From contig CAXXLZ010000001.1 of NCBI GenBank assembly GCA_963675595.2, forward strand, positions 32,001-96,000: DNA of 64,000 bases, given 5' to 3'. The translations under genes were made by a program, and so were the position numbers. Of this stretch, positions 18,149-28,767 are shown piece after piece (positions within the stretch are counted from its first letter, which is position 1; each line of letters starts with the position of its first letter). Source of the stretch: Thermodesulfobacteriota bacterium. GTDB lineage: Bacteria > Desulfobacterota > Desulfarculia > JACQYL01. The notes below the pieces were generated by a model. That model was not told the origin of the DNA. It saw only the letters and a program-made list of their open reading frames with translations, and made no database searches.

Positions 18149-21100
18149 GTGATGAACCCAACGAACACAAGACGTGTCGCCTTGGCGGTTCGAACCACAC
18201 GTGTCTGCGGCGCCCTCGCGGTAGTCTCGGGGGTCGCGGCCTTTCTGTGGCGGCTCGCCGGGCTTCCTCCTTTGGGCACCTTCGGGCCCGACAGGATGCC
18301 CATGGCTTCCGGCACGACCCTGCTTTTCGTGCTGTTCGGCGGTGTGGCGTTTTTCCTTCCTCTCATGAGGAAAAGCCGGCGCCTGCGAAGAATCGGCGCC
18401 GCATGCGCGGTGGTGGGAGTCACGGCCGCGCTGGTGCTGCTGGTCTGCTACTTCCTGGACATTCATCCCGAATTCGAGCATTGGGCATTTTCCCCTACGG
18501 AGGCGACGGGCGCTTCGCCCAAGGGACTCATGTCTCCGCTGACGGCCTTCTGCTTTTTGATTGCGGGAGGGGCGTTCCTATCCCATCTAATTTCCTCCGG
18601 GCGAAGTCCGACCGCAAAGATCTCTTTTCTGCTTTCCTGTTTTCTGCTTCTATTGAGCATGACGTTTATCGCCGCTTACGTCATGGGGAGCCCCCTTTTG
18701 TACGGCAGCGGCGTTCTCCCGCCGGCTTTGCCCACGTCTTTGACTTTCCTGTTTCTTGGGGCGGCTCTCCTTCCGCCCACCGTGGAACGACTCCGGTCGT
18801 CGGAGCCGAAGGGGGACGTTTCGAGAAGGCGGGTCGCCTATGGCCTCATTCTGATTTTTGTCATGTCTGCCGCGGGGATTGTCCTTGCGGGCGATCTCTA
18901 CTTTCGGAGTTACACCGCACGGTTCCGAGCCGAAGTGGAAGGGGCGCTGGCTGCGGTGGCGGACATGAAGGTCCGAGAACTGGTGCATTGGCGAAAAGAG
19001 CGAATGGGAGACGCCGCCGTATTTTTCGACAACCCGGATTTTTCCGAATTGGTGCGGCGCTACCTCGACGATCCAAAAAACTCGGACGCGAAAGGCCGAA
19101 TTCAGGTCTGGTTGGACGCCGTTCGGGATTCCGGCCGCTACGACAGGGTTTCCCTGCTGGATGTGGTCGGCCATGATCGCATCAATTCTCCGGCCACGCC
19201 CGACTCGGTAATCCCGCACCCGGCCCACGACGTGTCCGCGGTGCTGCATTCCGACCGAGTCTCCTTCCTGGACTTCCACCGACATACTCCCAATGGACCC
19301 ATTTGCCTGGCCGTTATGGCCCCCATAATCGACGTTTCTGAAAACAGGCGGCCCTTGGGCGTTCTTGTCTTCCGCATCGATCCGGGGGAATACCTGTATC
19401 CCTTGATTCGTCGCTGGCCCACGCCGGCCAAGACTGCGGAAACCCTTTTGGTCCGCCGCGAGGGAGATGACGTCCTTTTTCTCAACGACTTGAAGTTCAG
19501 AGACAACGCCGCCTTCAATCTGCGCTTCTCCGTTGATTTGCCCGATCTGCCGGCGGCGAGGGCGGTCCGCGGTGAAGAAGGTGCGGTAGAGGGCAAAGAC
19601 TACCGAGATGTGCCCGTAGTGGCGGCCATACGAGCGATTCCGGGCTCCCCGTGGTTCTTGGTGGCCCGTATGGATCGGTCGGAAGTGTATGCTCCCGCCA
19701 GGGAGCGTTTGTGGATCGTCATCGTGATCGTCGGTCTTCTGTTGCTCGCGTCGGGGGTCAGTGTAGGCGCCCTGTGGCGCTATCAAAGTACGCGGTTCGA
19801 GCGGGAACGTATGGAGTCGGCGGAGGCTCTGGAACGCTCGGAAACGACCATCAGAGCGATCTTCGACGGCGCCAGAGACGGCATCTTGACGGCGGACGCA
19901 AAGACCGGGAAGTTCATTGCGGCCAACGAGGCGATTTGCCGAATGCTCGGTTATTCGCGAGAAGAACTGTTCGCGCTCGGTGTGGAGGACATCCATCCCG
20001 TGGAACAAATTCCATATGTTCTCGATCAGTTCCGGAGGCTGATGGAAGGGGAGATCACTTTTGCCGCCGACATTCCGGTGCAACGCGAGGATGGCTCCCT
20101 ATTCTTTGCCGAAGTCGGCGCAACGCCTGTGGAACTCGACGGACGCCTGTGCCTGATCGGGATATTCAGAGACGCCACGGATCGCAGGCTCGCCGAATCC
20201 CGCATTTTGCATCTCAACGCGGTGCTGCGAGGTGTCAGGAGCGTGAACCGACTGATCACGCGGGAAAAGGATCGGGAGGGTCTGATCAGGCAAGCCTGTG
20301 ATCTGCTTGTGGAAGCCAGGGGATTTCACTCCGTGGTGATCGGCTTGACGGAAGACGACGGCGATGGAATTTCAGCTTACGCAGCGGCGGGAGACGTACC
20401 GGAGTCGCTCCGGGAGCTGCTCGAACGTGGGGAAAAGCCGGAGCTGCCCCTGGAAGCCATGGCGGGCGGGGAGGTAGCGCCTTTCAGAAGTCGAAGGGAT
20501 CCCTTTTCCGAGACGGACGATTCGGATTGCGGAGAGGATGACGCGGTGGCCGTTGGTCTTGAGCAAGGCGGCAAGATTTTGGGCTTTATGTTGGCGTATC
20601 TTCCCGAGGGCATCAAAGATGATCCGGAGGAGCAGTACCTTCTGCGGGAAGCGGCCGGTGACATTGCCTTCGCATTGCGCGGAATAGAGATTGAGGCCGA
20701 ACGAGACCATTCGGCCGCGGCACTGGCGGACCGAGAAGAACAGCTTCGGCAGGCACAAAAACTGGAGGCCGTCGGCCGTTTGGCCGGAGGCGTGGCCCAC
20801 GATTTCAACAATCTCCTCACGTTGATCCTGGGCTATGCGGATGCCGTGATGCAGGAACTCCACACCGACGATACGCTACGAGAGGATGTCGAACAGATAC
20901 TGCACGCTGCGCGGCGCGCTACGAGTCTGACCACTCGGCTTCTGGCGTTCAGCAGGAAGCAGACTCTGCAACCGGAGATTCTCGATCTGAATGAAGTTGT
21001 GGCGAATGTGGAGAAGATGCTCCGGCGGCTCATCGGTGAAGACATCGAGTTGCGCACGGTTCACGCCGAGGGTTTGGGCAAAGTGAAAGCCGATCCGGGT

Positions 21101-21880
21101 CAGATTGAACAAGTCATCATGAATCTGGCGGTGAATGCCCGCGACGCCATGCCCCAAGGGGGAATCCTCACGATAGAGACGGCGGAAGTGCAACTTGATG
21201 AGGAATATATGCAGCTGCACGTGGATGTGACTCCCGGTCCTCACGTCATGCTCGCGTTGTCGGACAACGGTTGCGGCATGGACGAGAAGACGAAACGTAG
21301 GCTTTTCGAACCCTTTTTCACCACAAAGGGCAAGGGAAAAGGAACAGGGCTGGGGCTGGCCATGGTTTATGGTATCGTCAAACAATCCGGCGGCAGCATT
21401 CGAGTCTATAGCGAACCGGGAGAAGGCACCACTTTCAAGATTTATCTCCCCCGCGTGGAAGCCGAGGCGCTCTCGAAGCCTAAGTCGCCGTCCCGCGCGG
21501 GGCGAGGAGGAGGCGAGCTGGTGATGGTGGTGGAGGACGAAGATTCCTTACGGGATCTCTTCGGTAAAATGTTGGAGAACCTCGGTTATCGCGTGATTGC
21601 GGCCGCCAACGGAGCCGAGGCGTTGTCACTTTTTGAAGAGCGCGAAGTTCGCCCCGACCTGCTTCTGACGGACGTGGTCATGCCCGGCATGAGCGGATCC
21701 CTCCTGGCCGAACGCCTCCAAAGCATGCAACCCGAGTTGAGAGTGATTTATATGTCCGGCTACACGGACGATACCATCGTTCACCACGGCGTACTGGATC
21801 CGGGTACTCCTTTTCTGCAGAAGCCCTTTGCCGGCAGCGACCTTGCCGCCAAGATCAAGGAGTTGATGAGCGAGAAGTAG
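18149..21880 (+). CDS. Membrane hybrid sensor kinase (TMs-Cache-PAS-GAF-HisKA-HATPase-REC)
   Basis: LAGGVAHDFNNLL, NLAVNARDAM, FEPFFTTK..GTGLGL, and receiver LLTDVVMP. Confidence 0.93.
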   Translation: MMNPTNTRRVALAVRTTRVCGALAVVSGVAAFLWRLAGLPPLGTFGPDRMPMASGTTLLFVLFGGVAFFLPLMRKSRRLRRIGAACAVVGVTAALVLLVCYFLDIHPEFEHWAFSPTEATGASPKGLMSPLTAFCFLIAGGAFLSHLISSGRSPTAKISFLLSCFLLLLSMTFIAAYVMGSPLLYGSGVLPPALPTSLTFLFLGAALLPPTVERLRSSEPKGDVSRRRVAYGLILIFVMSAAGIVLAGDLYFRSYTARFRAEVEGALAAVADMKVRELVHWRKERMGDAAVFFDNPDFSELVRRYLDDPKNSDAKGRIQVWLDAVRDSGRYDRVSLLDVVGHDRINSPATPDSVIPHPAHDVSAVLHSDRVSFLDFHRHTPNGPICLAVMAPIIDVSENRRPLGVLVFRIDPGEYLYPLIRRWPTPAKTAETLLVRREGDDVLFLNDLKFRDNAAFNLRFSVDLPDLPAARAVRGEEGAVEGKDYRDVPVVAAIRAIPGSPWFLVARMDRSEVYAPARERLWIVIVIVGLLLLASGVSVGALWRYQSTRFERERMESAEALERSETTIRAIFDGARDGILTADAKTGKFIAANEAICRMLGYSREELFALGVEDIHPVEQIPYVLDQFRRLMEGEITFAADIPVQREDGSLFFAEVGATPVELDGRLCLIGIFRDATDRRLAESRILHLNAVLRGVRSVNRLITREKDREGLIRQACDLLVEARGFHSVVIGLTEDDGDGISAYAAAGDVPESLRELLERGEKPELPLEAMAGGEVAPFRSRRDPFSETDDSDCGEDDAVAVGLEQGGKILGFMLAYLPEGIKDDPEEQYLLREAAGDIAFALRGIEIEAERDHSAAALADREEQLRQAQKLEAVGRLAGGVAHDFNNLLTLILGYADAVMQELHTDDTLREDVEQILHAARRATSLTTRLLAFSRKQTLQPEILDLNEVVANVEKMLRRLIGEDIELRTVHAEGLGKVKADPGQIEQVIMNLAVNARDAMPQGGILTIETAEVQLDEEYMQLHVDVTPGPHVMLALSDNGCGMDEKTKRRLFEPFFTTKGKGKGTGLGLAMVYGIVKQSGGSIRVYSEPGEGTTFKIYLPRVEAEALSKPKSPSRAGRGGGELVMVVEDEDSLRDLFGKMLENLGYRVIAAANGAEALSLFEEREVRPDLLLTDVVMPGMSGSLLAERLQSMQPELRVIYMSGYTDDTIVHHGVLDPGTPFLQKPFAGSDLAAKIKELMSEK

Positions 21881-22153
21881 TGACTCCCGCCTGTGCCCGA
21901 GTTTCCGATCGGCACCGGCTGTAGGATTGTATGAGGCCGAAGGGAGTCGGCGGACGGCCAAAACCACGATATTTCGAACGGATTTTCCGAATTTCAGGGA
22001 GATGGAACCACCCTGAATCCCGCCACAAGCCGGAAAGAGAAAATCAGATAAGGCTTCGCTTACAACCGCTTGCGCATGTTTCGTGTGATCCCCGATAATT
22101 ATCTAGTTCATATACTGGCCGCTATACGTTCGATCCTATTCAAAGGAGTCGTC

Positions 22154-23383
22154 ATGCAAAAAAGACTCGGATTGTTTGGTTCGGTGGTGGTTGTGTTCTT
22201 CTTTAGCGTGTTGTTCGGTCCGGTTTGTGCCGGCGCCGAAACCGCAAACATGCTCTCGTTGCAGCAGGGCGCCCTTACCGTGAGCGTTCCTGCCTCTTAC
22301 GGTGGCTGGTATGCGGAGAGCATGCTGGATGAGAGTGCGCACACGGGGTGGGCTTGTGAATCGGGTCATATTCGGGACAACGTATTTGTGTTCGAGCTTG
22401 TGCGGGAGACCGTGCTTGACCGTTTCGAGTTCGACAATGCCTCCGTGGACGCGGAGGGCGCCGGAGCCAAAGACGTCTTGGTGGAGGTTTCAAATACTTC
22501 CCCCGAGTCCGGGTTTGTACCCGTGGTCCAGGCCACCCTGGCCGACCTGACCGACGGACAGAGCTTTGAGGCGACAAGAAAGTCTCCGGCTCGATGGATA
22601 AGACTCACGATCCGGAATAACCATGGGAATCCGGAATGGACGGAGCTCTTCTCTTTCAGAGGATTCGGCGAAAAGCCGGCTCCCGGTGCTCAAGGGGACA
22701 TCTCAGGGACCTACGAGAGCAGCTATGCCCTGTTTCATGTTCGCCAACAGGGGACCGCGTTGACCGGCTGCTACGAGTATGACGAGGGACTTCTGGACGG
22801 GGCGGTGGAGGGCCGGATCATGAAGATCACCTGGCATGAAAACGGAGGCCCCGATGATCTGGGACCGGCCGTCATGGTGTTCGCGCCGGACGGGAAATCA
22901 TTTAGAGGGTTCTGGTGGTACCGAGGCCAGGAAAAGGGCGCTCCCAACGGGACTTGGGATGGAAAGAAGGTCTCCGGCGAGGTAGGGTCCTGTCCCCATT
23001 GGTCCGGTTCCGTGGGCGGTGAAATCGAGAAGCAACTGGTCGCCGAGAAGAGGGCCAGGATTTACGGAATTCTCTTCGACTTCAACTCCGCGGAAATCCG
23101 GCCGGAATCGAAACCTGTTCTGGACGAGGTGCTTGAACTCCTGAAGAAAGAACCAGACTGGAGTTTGACCATTGAAGGACATACCGACTCAATCGGCTCC
23201 GACACGGATAACCTGGTTCTCTCTCGGCGACGCGCCGAGTCGGTGAAAGCCTATCTGACTGCCTCGGGTGTGAATGAAAACCGACTCAAATCCGTGGGAA
23301 AAGGAGAATCCGAACCCGTGGCCGATAATGACACGGAACTGGGACGCGCCCGGAACCGAAGGGTCGAGTTGGTCCGGGAATAG
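22154..23383 (+). CDS. OmpA-family protein with N-terminal discoidin/F5-8-like domain
   Basis: AAAGGAG RBS and signal peptide; ARWIRLTIRNNHG; OmpA C-domain IEGHTDS..NLVLSRRRAESV..NRRVEL. Confidence 0.88.
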   Translation: MQKRLGLFGSVVVVFFFSVLFGPVCAGAETANMLSLQQGALTVSVPASYGGWYAESMLDESAHTGWACESGHIRDNVFVFELVRETVLDRFEFDNASVDAEGAGAKDVLVEVSNTSPESGFVPVVQATLADLTDGQSFEATRKSPARWIRLTIRNNHGNPEWTELFSFRGFGEKPAPGAQGDISGTYESSYALFHVRQQGTALTGCYEYDEGLLDGAVEGRIMKITWHENGGPDDLGPAVMVFAPDGKSFRGFWWYRGQEKGAPNGTWDGKKVSGEVGSCPHWSGSVGGEIEKQLVAEKRARIYGILFDFNSAEIRPESKPVLDEVLELLKKEPDWSLTIEGHTDSIGSDTDNLVLSRRRAESVKAYLTASGVNENRLKSVGKGESEPVADNDTELGRARNRRVELVRE

Positions 23384-23621
23384 CTCCGACAACCGGGCGG
23401 GGCCGTGCGGAAGCGGGTGCGGTCGTTCGGCGCCGGACCTGTATGAAGTCAATAGCCTCTTCATGGACGACTCCATTCGTGGGTGGAATCGAGACGTTAA
23501 TGGCTTGCCCGCATCGGAGAGGACATGGACCTTGATCTTCAGCTTTCGGTGGACGGTTGGGAACAGGCGACGTTAATTCAAGCCTTCTTCCAAACATAGC
23601 GCCGACGGATAGAGACAAAAC

Positions 23622-24464
23622 ATGGAGAAAAATTCCAACGTGTTGTATCGAGAAGAGTTTCCCCGATCCAATGCCTACGACCTCTCTTGGATCATGGAAC
23701 ATCAGATGGGACCCAATCCCCTGTGGCTTGTGGAATGGCTCAGCCAAAAAATGGATCTGCAGCCCGGAATGCGGGTGCTGGATCTGGGGTGCGGCACGGC
23801 GCTAACCAGTATTTTTCTGGCCCGTGAATTCGCCGTCGACGTGTGGGCTGCGGATCTTTGGGTGCACCAGGACGACAACTGGACGCGCATTCGGGAGGCA
23901 GGACAAGGCCGGCGGGTTTATCCCATGAGGGCCGAAGCGCACTCCTTGCCTTTTGCGGAGGCTTTCTTTGACGCCGTCATCAGTATTGACGCGTATCAAT
24001 ATTTCGGCACCGACGAACTCTACCTGTCATATGTGAGCCGTTTCCTCCGGCCCGAAGGAAGAATCGGCGTGGTGATACCCGGACTCATGAGGCCCATGGA
24101 AGACGGAGTTCCTCAGCACCTGTGCCGTAAGCAATCCAACGGGGCGGTGTTCTGGGAGGAGTCCTGCAACTGTTTCCTGACGTCCGACCGGTGGCGGGCC
24201 CTTTGGAGCCGGTGCGGAAGCGTTCGGCTGGAAACGGTGGACGAACTTGCGGAGGGGTGGAGGCACTGGCGCGATTTCGAGATCGAGCTGGAACGGTCCG
24301 GAAAGAACCGATTTCCCTCTCCGGCGGAAACCCTTGATGAAGACCGGGGGAGATATGTGGGATTTATTCGCCTTACGGCCCGGAAGCAAGCCGAAAGCGA
24401 ACTCCTCAATCTGTATGATCCGGACATCATATCCAGGCTGAATAAACCGACGACTCCTTCCTGA
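23622..24464 (+). CDS. SAM-dependent methyltransferase
   Basis: MGPNPLWL, VLDLGCG, LPFAEAFFDAVISIDAYQYFG. Confidence 0.9.
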   Translation: MEKNSNVLYREEFPRSNAYDLSWIMEHQMGPNPLWLVEWLSQKMDLQPGMRVLDLGCGTALTSIFLAREFAVDVWAADLWVHQDDNWTRIREAGQGRRVYPMRAEAHSLPFAEAFFDAVISIDAYQYFGTDELYLSYVSRFLRPEGRIGVVIPGLMRPMEDGVPQHLCRKQSNGAVFWEESCNCFLTSDRWRALWSRCGSVRLETVDELAEGWRHWRDFEIELERSGKNRFPSPAETLDEDRGRYVGFIRLTARKQAESELLNLYDPDIISRLNKPTTPS

Positions 24465-24799
24465 CGCCCGGTGCCGATACGGACGCGACCATTACCGGGG
24501 GTAGGGTTCAAAGGACCCGTGCCCCCGTTGCCGTTTCGTTCTCTTCTCCTCCGGAAAGTCGATCCTGCCGGGGCGGCAACCGAATTACGCGAGTTTCCCA
24601 GTGATCCGGAAGTCTGCTGTATGCCCTCACTCCGGCCGCTGCGCGGCGATTAGCCGAGGGTGTTCCATGCACGCTTCATTTTTGACAAGCCGACCGAAAC
24701 ATTTCAAAATCACAAAGACAACGACGGTGGGCAACCCCGCAAGTTCGTACTCGAATATCCGGACGTTATCCGTCAGGCAGTGGAACAGCTTTGTTGCTG

Positions 24800-24836
24800 C
24801 AGGCTGTTGAGAAACGCGATCTGCGGCGTTGCGCTC
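24800..24836 (+). repeat. Partial family B repeat end
   Basis: CAGGCTGTTGAGAAACGCGATCTGCGGCGTTGCGCT shares CGATCTGCGGCGTTGCGCT with position ~12041. Confidence 0.65.
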
Positions 24837-24898
24837 GCGGATCGATGATATCGCAACTTCAAGGCAGGAATCGGATTTGTGATATTTGTGGAGAAAAG

Positions 24899-27800
24899 AT
24901 GAAGCGTACAACAAAATCCATAATAAAAAATAGAATAGCTGCCAAGTTCCAGCCTAATGACATTTATCAATGGAGGTCATGGCTGGTAAATACAATGCTT
25001 CTGATCGGGATTGTTGGGTTTCCCTTATCATTTATTTTTACATTTCCAGTATTCATAAGTGAAGGTCTGTATTGGCTTATTGTAATTGATTCTGTTGTAT
25101 ATGGAGCAATATTAATACATTATTTTGCAGAGGGGTTATCGTACTGGGGAAGAGGGCTCCTTTCGATGGCCGTCGTCTACATGATGGCGATCTCCTTTCA
25201 TGTGGCGCTCGGCCCACATTATGCCAGACCGGTATGGTTGGTCTTGGGCGCCGTAATGGCGGCCCTGCTCTTTGGTGTTCGGGCCGCCGTATCGGCGGTC
25301 GTGTTCAATATGATGATTCTCATGGGTCTTTACTGGGCGATGGGGCCGGAACGCATCGGCTGGGAGGATGTTTACCGGGCACCTTTCGCCCAGTGGATTA
25401 TGTTTGTTGTGAATTCAGCCATTATTACCTTGGCGTGCGCGTTGCCCGTCGGTTTTCTGCTTAACAAACTCGACATTTCGATGAGGCGGCAGCGAATCGC
25501 GGCGGAAGGTTTGTTGGGCGAGGCGGAGAAGCTCCGAGCGGCCCACGAGGCCCTGCAGAGGGAAACCGTGGGGCGAGAGGGGGCGGAGCTGAAATTAAGG
25601 GACAGTGAGCGAAAATTCAGGAACCTGGTGGAGAATCTCAATGAAGGGATCTACTCACTGGATGAAGAGGGGGTTTTCCGTTACATCAACCCTGCCGTCA
25701 AGAGGATTCTGGGGTACGGGGAATCGGAGATTGTCGGACGGCGATTCTCCGATTTCGTACCTGCCGAGGTCATGGATTCCCAAAAAGACCTTACGCAAGG
25801 GACGGCCTTCCCTCCCATCGGAAGCCGGGAATTCAGGATTTTGCACGAAGACGGGACAACGCGTTGGGTTCGGAACTCCACGCGCACGGTCTCCGAAGGT
25901 AATGCGATCGTCGGTCGAGAGGGGGTCATTTTTGACATCACCGAACGAAAACAGGCCGAGGGAGCCATTCAGGGCGCCAACGAAAAGTACGCCATATTGT
26001 TTGAAAATGCGGGTGACGGGATCTTTATCGTCCAGGATGACAGGATCAGATTTCCCAATCCGAGAGCTCTCGAACTAACGGAATACTCAAGAGAAGAATT
26101 GAGGGAGAAGACCCTGTCCGAGATTCTTCGTCCCATGGAACGGGAGACGGACTTCACCGAGCAAGAGACGGAATCCGCGGCGGGCATCGGTCCTCCGACC
26201 TTCACGCACAGGCTGATCGGGAAAAGCGGGAGAGAAATTTGGGTTGAGCGGAGTTCGATCAACATTACTTGGGACGGGCGACCGGCGAGCTTGAATTTCA
26301 TTCGCGACATCACACTGAGGAAAGCGGCGGAGGAACGATTGAAAGTCAGCGAGAGGCTGTTCAGAGACATATTCGATGCCTCGTTCGACGGCATTTTCAT
26401 TCATGATGCGGGCAAGATTATCGACATGAACGTCAAGGCATCGCTGGAATTGGGGTTCACAAAAGAGGAACTGCTCGACGAACCCATTGTCAATCTTGTC
26501 GCCAGGGAGGATCTGGAGGCGACCCTGGAACGCCTCAGAATGGTCACTGAACGTCCGGAGCTCGAATATGGCGGGGCGGAAGCCAGACTCCTGAGAAAGG
26601 ACGGCACCAAGGTTCACGTCGAATATTTCAGCAGATCGACGTTCTATGAAGGTAGAGACGCGCGAATCATCGCCTTCAGAGACATTAGTGATCGTAAACG
26701 GACGGAGAACGCTCTCAGGCAGAGTGAGTCGCGCTATCGCAGCCTGTTCGAGTCGGCCCATGACGCCATCTTCATTTTGAAGGGCGATCGATTCGTCGAC
26801 TGCAATCCCAAAACGTTGGACGTATTCGGAGTCTCCTTGCAGGAGATCATCGGCCGTTCTCCGTATGATTTTTCTCCCCCTCGCCAACCGGACGGGAAGC
26901 CCTCCAAAGAGGCGGCACTGGAAAGAATCCGAGCGGCGTACGCCGGCGAACCCCAGTTCTTTGAGTGGAAGCACACGAAGCGGGACGGTGTCGCCTTCGA
27001 TGCGGAGGTGACTCTACACATGATTGATCAAGCCGAGGGGGTTGTTCTCCAATGCATGCTGCGCGACATTTCGGAGCGAAAGAAAGCGGAACAAGCACTC
27101 AGGGAAAGTGAAGAGAGATACAGGAATATATTCGAACGGGCCGCGGTGGGCATTGTTAATGTGAATTTGCAGGGGAGACTGACCTTCGTTAATCAGAAGT
27201 TCTGTGATATGTTGGGGTATACTGCTGAAGAACTATTGGCCTTGGACTTGCGGCATGTTACTCACTCGGAAGATTTGCCGGAATCGCATCGTAGAGTGGC
27301 TGATCTGCTTTCCGGAAAGAGTCGGGATGCTTTTCAGCAAAAACGTTATGTGCGGAAAGACGGCTCCATTGTTTGGGCGAACACATCCGGAAGCATGCTC
27401 ACCGACGAGTCGGGTAAGCCGAAGTTCCTGGTCGGAATTATAGAAGACATCACGGATCAGAAACAATTGGAGTCAAGAGTTCGGCAGAGCCAGAAGATGG
27501 AGGCCATCGGCACGCTGGCGGGAGGCATTGCTCATGATTTTAACAACATCTTGACCTCGGTATTGGGCTTCACGGAACTCGCAAAGATGAAACTCGGCAT
27601 GGGAAAGAACTTGGACAACGAGCTGGACGAAGTCATGAATGCCGGTTTCAGGGCGAGAGACCTGGTCAAGCAGATATTGGCGTTCAGTCGTCGAACCGAT
27701 ATTGAAAAGGGACCCATCGCAATTCGTTCCTTGATCAAGGAGTCGGTAAAGTTCCTTAAATCTTCTTTGCCTTCCACCATTGAGATCAGGTATGACATGG

Positions 27801-28618
27801 GGGGATCCGACGCGACCGTTATGGCGGACCCCACGCAGCTTCATCAAATTCTCATGAATCTCTGCACCAATGCCGCACACGCCATGAAGGACGAGGGCGG
27901 AGTGCTCGACTTGCGATTGGAGGAAGTCGAAATAGGGGGACTGGAAAGCCTCCAACACAAAAAATTGAAAAGTGGAAAGTATTTCCGGCTTACCGTATCC
28001 GATACCGGCCATGGTATCCGAGAAGAGTTCATTGAAAAGGTTTTTGATCCGTTCTTCACCACAAAACCACGTGGGGAAGGGACCGGACTCGGACTTTCCG
28101 TGGTCCACGGCATCGTAACGGATATGGGGGGCGCCGTCTCCGTGGAAAGCACTCCGGGGCAGGGCGCCGTATTCACCGTCCTGCTTCCTTTCAATGAAGC
28201 CGCGGCCCTCGAACAGGTATCCGCACATCCGGCCCCCCCAAAAGGCAAGGGCGGGGTTCTTCTTGTCGACGATGAGAAGGCGATCCTCGAGTCGGGGCGC
28301 GGCGTACTTGAGCATCTCGGATATGAGGTGACCACGGCAAACGGCAGCCTCGAAGCCTTGGATATTTTCCGGGCAAAACCGGATGCATTCGATCTTGTTC
28401 TGACCGATATGACCATGCCCAAAATGACCGGTCTCGAATTGGCCAAGCAACTGCTGAGCACCAGGCCGGACATTCCCATCGTGCTGTGCACCGGTTTCAG
28501 CGAGGGGCTGACTCCGGATTCGATCCGGGATATAGGTATCCGGGATATGATCATGAAACCGATGATCGGCGACGAGCTGGCGGTAACCCTTGCAAGAGCC
28601 CTGAAGGACCGCGAGTAA
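24899..28618 (+). CDS. Membrane hybrid sensor kinase with about five PAS domains and a receiver
   Basis: N-terminal TMs, repeated DITERK/DISDRK PAS ends, LAGGIAHDFNNIL, NLCTNAAHAM, LTDMTMPKMTG. Confidence 0.93.
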   Translation: MKRTTKSIIKNRIAAKFQPNDIYQWRSWLVNTMLLIGIVGFPLSFIFTFPVFISEGLYWLIVIDSVVYGAILIHYFAEGLSYWGRGLLSMAVVYMMAISFHVALGPHYARPVWLVLGAVMAALLFGVRAAVSAVVFNMMILMGLYWAMGPERIGWEDVYRAPFAQWIMFVVNSAIITLACALPVGFLLNKLDISMRRQRIAAEGLLGEAEKLRAAHEALQRETVGREGAELKLRDSERKFRNLVENLNEGIYSLDEEGVFRYINPAVKRILGYGESEIVGRRFSDFVPAEVMDSQKDLTQGTAFPPIGSREFRILHEDGTTRWVRNSTRTVSEGNAIVGREGVIFDITERKQAEGAIQGANEKYAILFENAGDGIFIVQDDRIRFPNPRALELTEYSREELREKTLSEILRPMERETDFTEQETESAAGIGPPTFTHRLIGKSGREIWVERSSINITWDGRPASLNFIRDITLRKAAEERLKVSERLFRDIFDASFDGIFIHDAGKIIDMNVKASLELGFTKEELLDEPIVNLVAREDLEATLERLRMVTERPELEYGGAEARLLRKDGTKVHVEYFSRSTFYEGRDARIIAFRDISDRKRTENALRQSESRYRSLFESAHDAIFILKGDRFVDCNPKTLDVFGVSLQEIIGRSPYDFSPPRQPDGKPSKEAALERIRAAYAGEPQFFEWKHTKRDGVAFDAEVTLHMIDQAEGVVLQCMLRDISERKKAEQALRESEERYRNIFERAAVGIVNVNLQGRLTFVNQKFCDMLGYTAEELLALDLRHVTHSEDLPESHRRVADLLSGKSRDAFQQKRYVRKDGSIVWANTSGSMLTDESGKPKFLVGIIEDITDQKQLESRVRQSQKMEAIGTLAGGIAHDFNNILTSVLGFTELAKMKLGMGKNLDNELDEVMNAGFRARDLVKQILAFSRRTDIEKGPIAIRSLIKESVKFLKSSLPSTIEIRYDMGGSDATVMADPTQLHQILMNLCTNAAHAMKDEGGVLDLRLEEVEIGGLESLQHKKLKSGKYFRLTVSDTGHGIREEFIEKVFDPFFTTKPRGEGTGLGLSVVHGIVTDMGGAVSVESTPGQGAVFTVLLPFNEAAALEQVSAHPAPPKGKGGVLLVDDEKAILESGRGVLEHLGYEVTTANGSLEALDIFRAKPDAFDLVLTDMTMPKMTGLELAKQLLSTRPDIPIVLCTGFSEGLTPDSIRDIGIRDMIMKPMIGDELAVTLARALKDRE

Positions 28619-28767
28619 TCGGTTGCTCGATCAGACGGCCCACGGCGCTGTGTTTGAAACCCGTACCCTATGCGAATCGGGCTCTTCGGCATTGGGGCGC
28701 CCGGCATGCCCCGCTTTTTAGCGGTCTGTCCCAACAGGACTTATTCAACGTGCCGATAAGATAAGAT

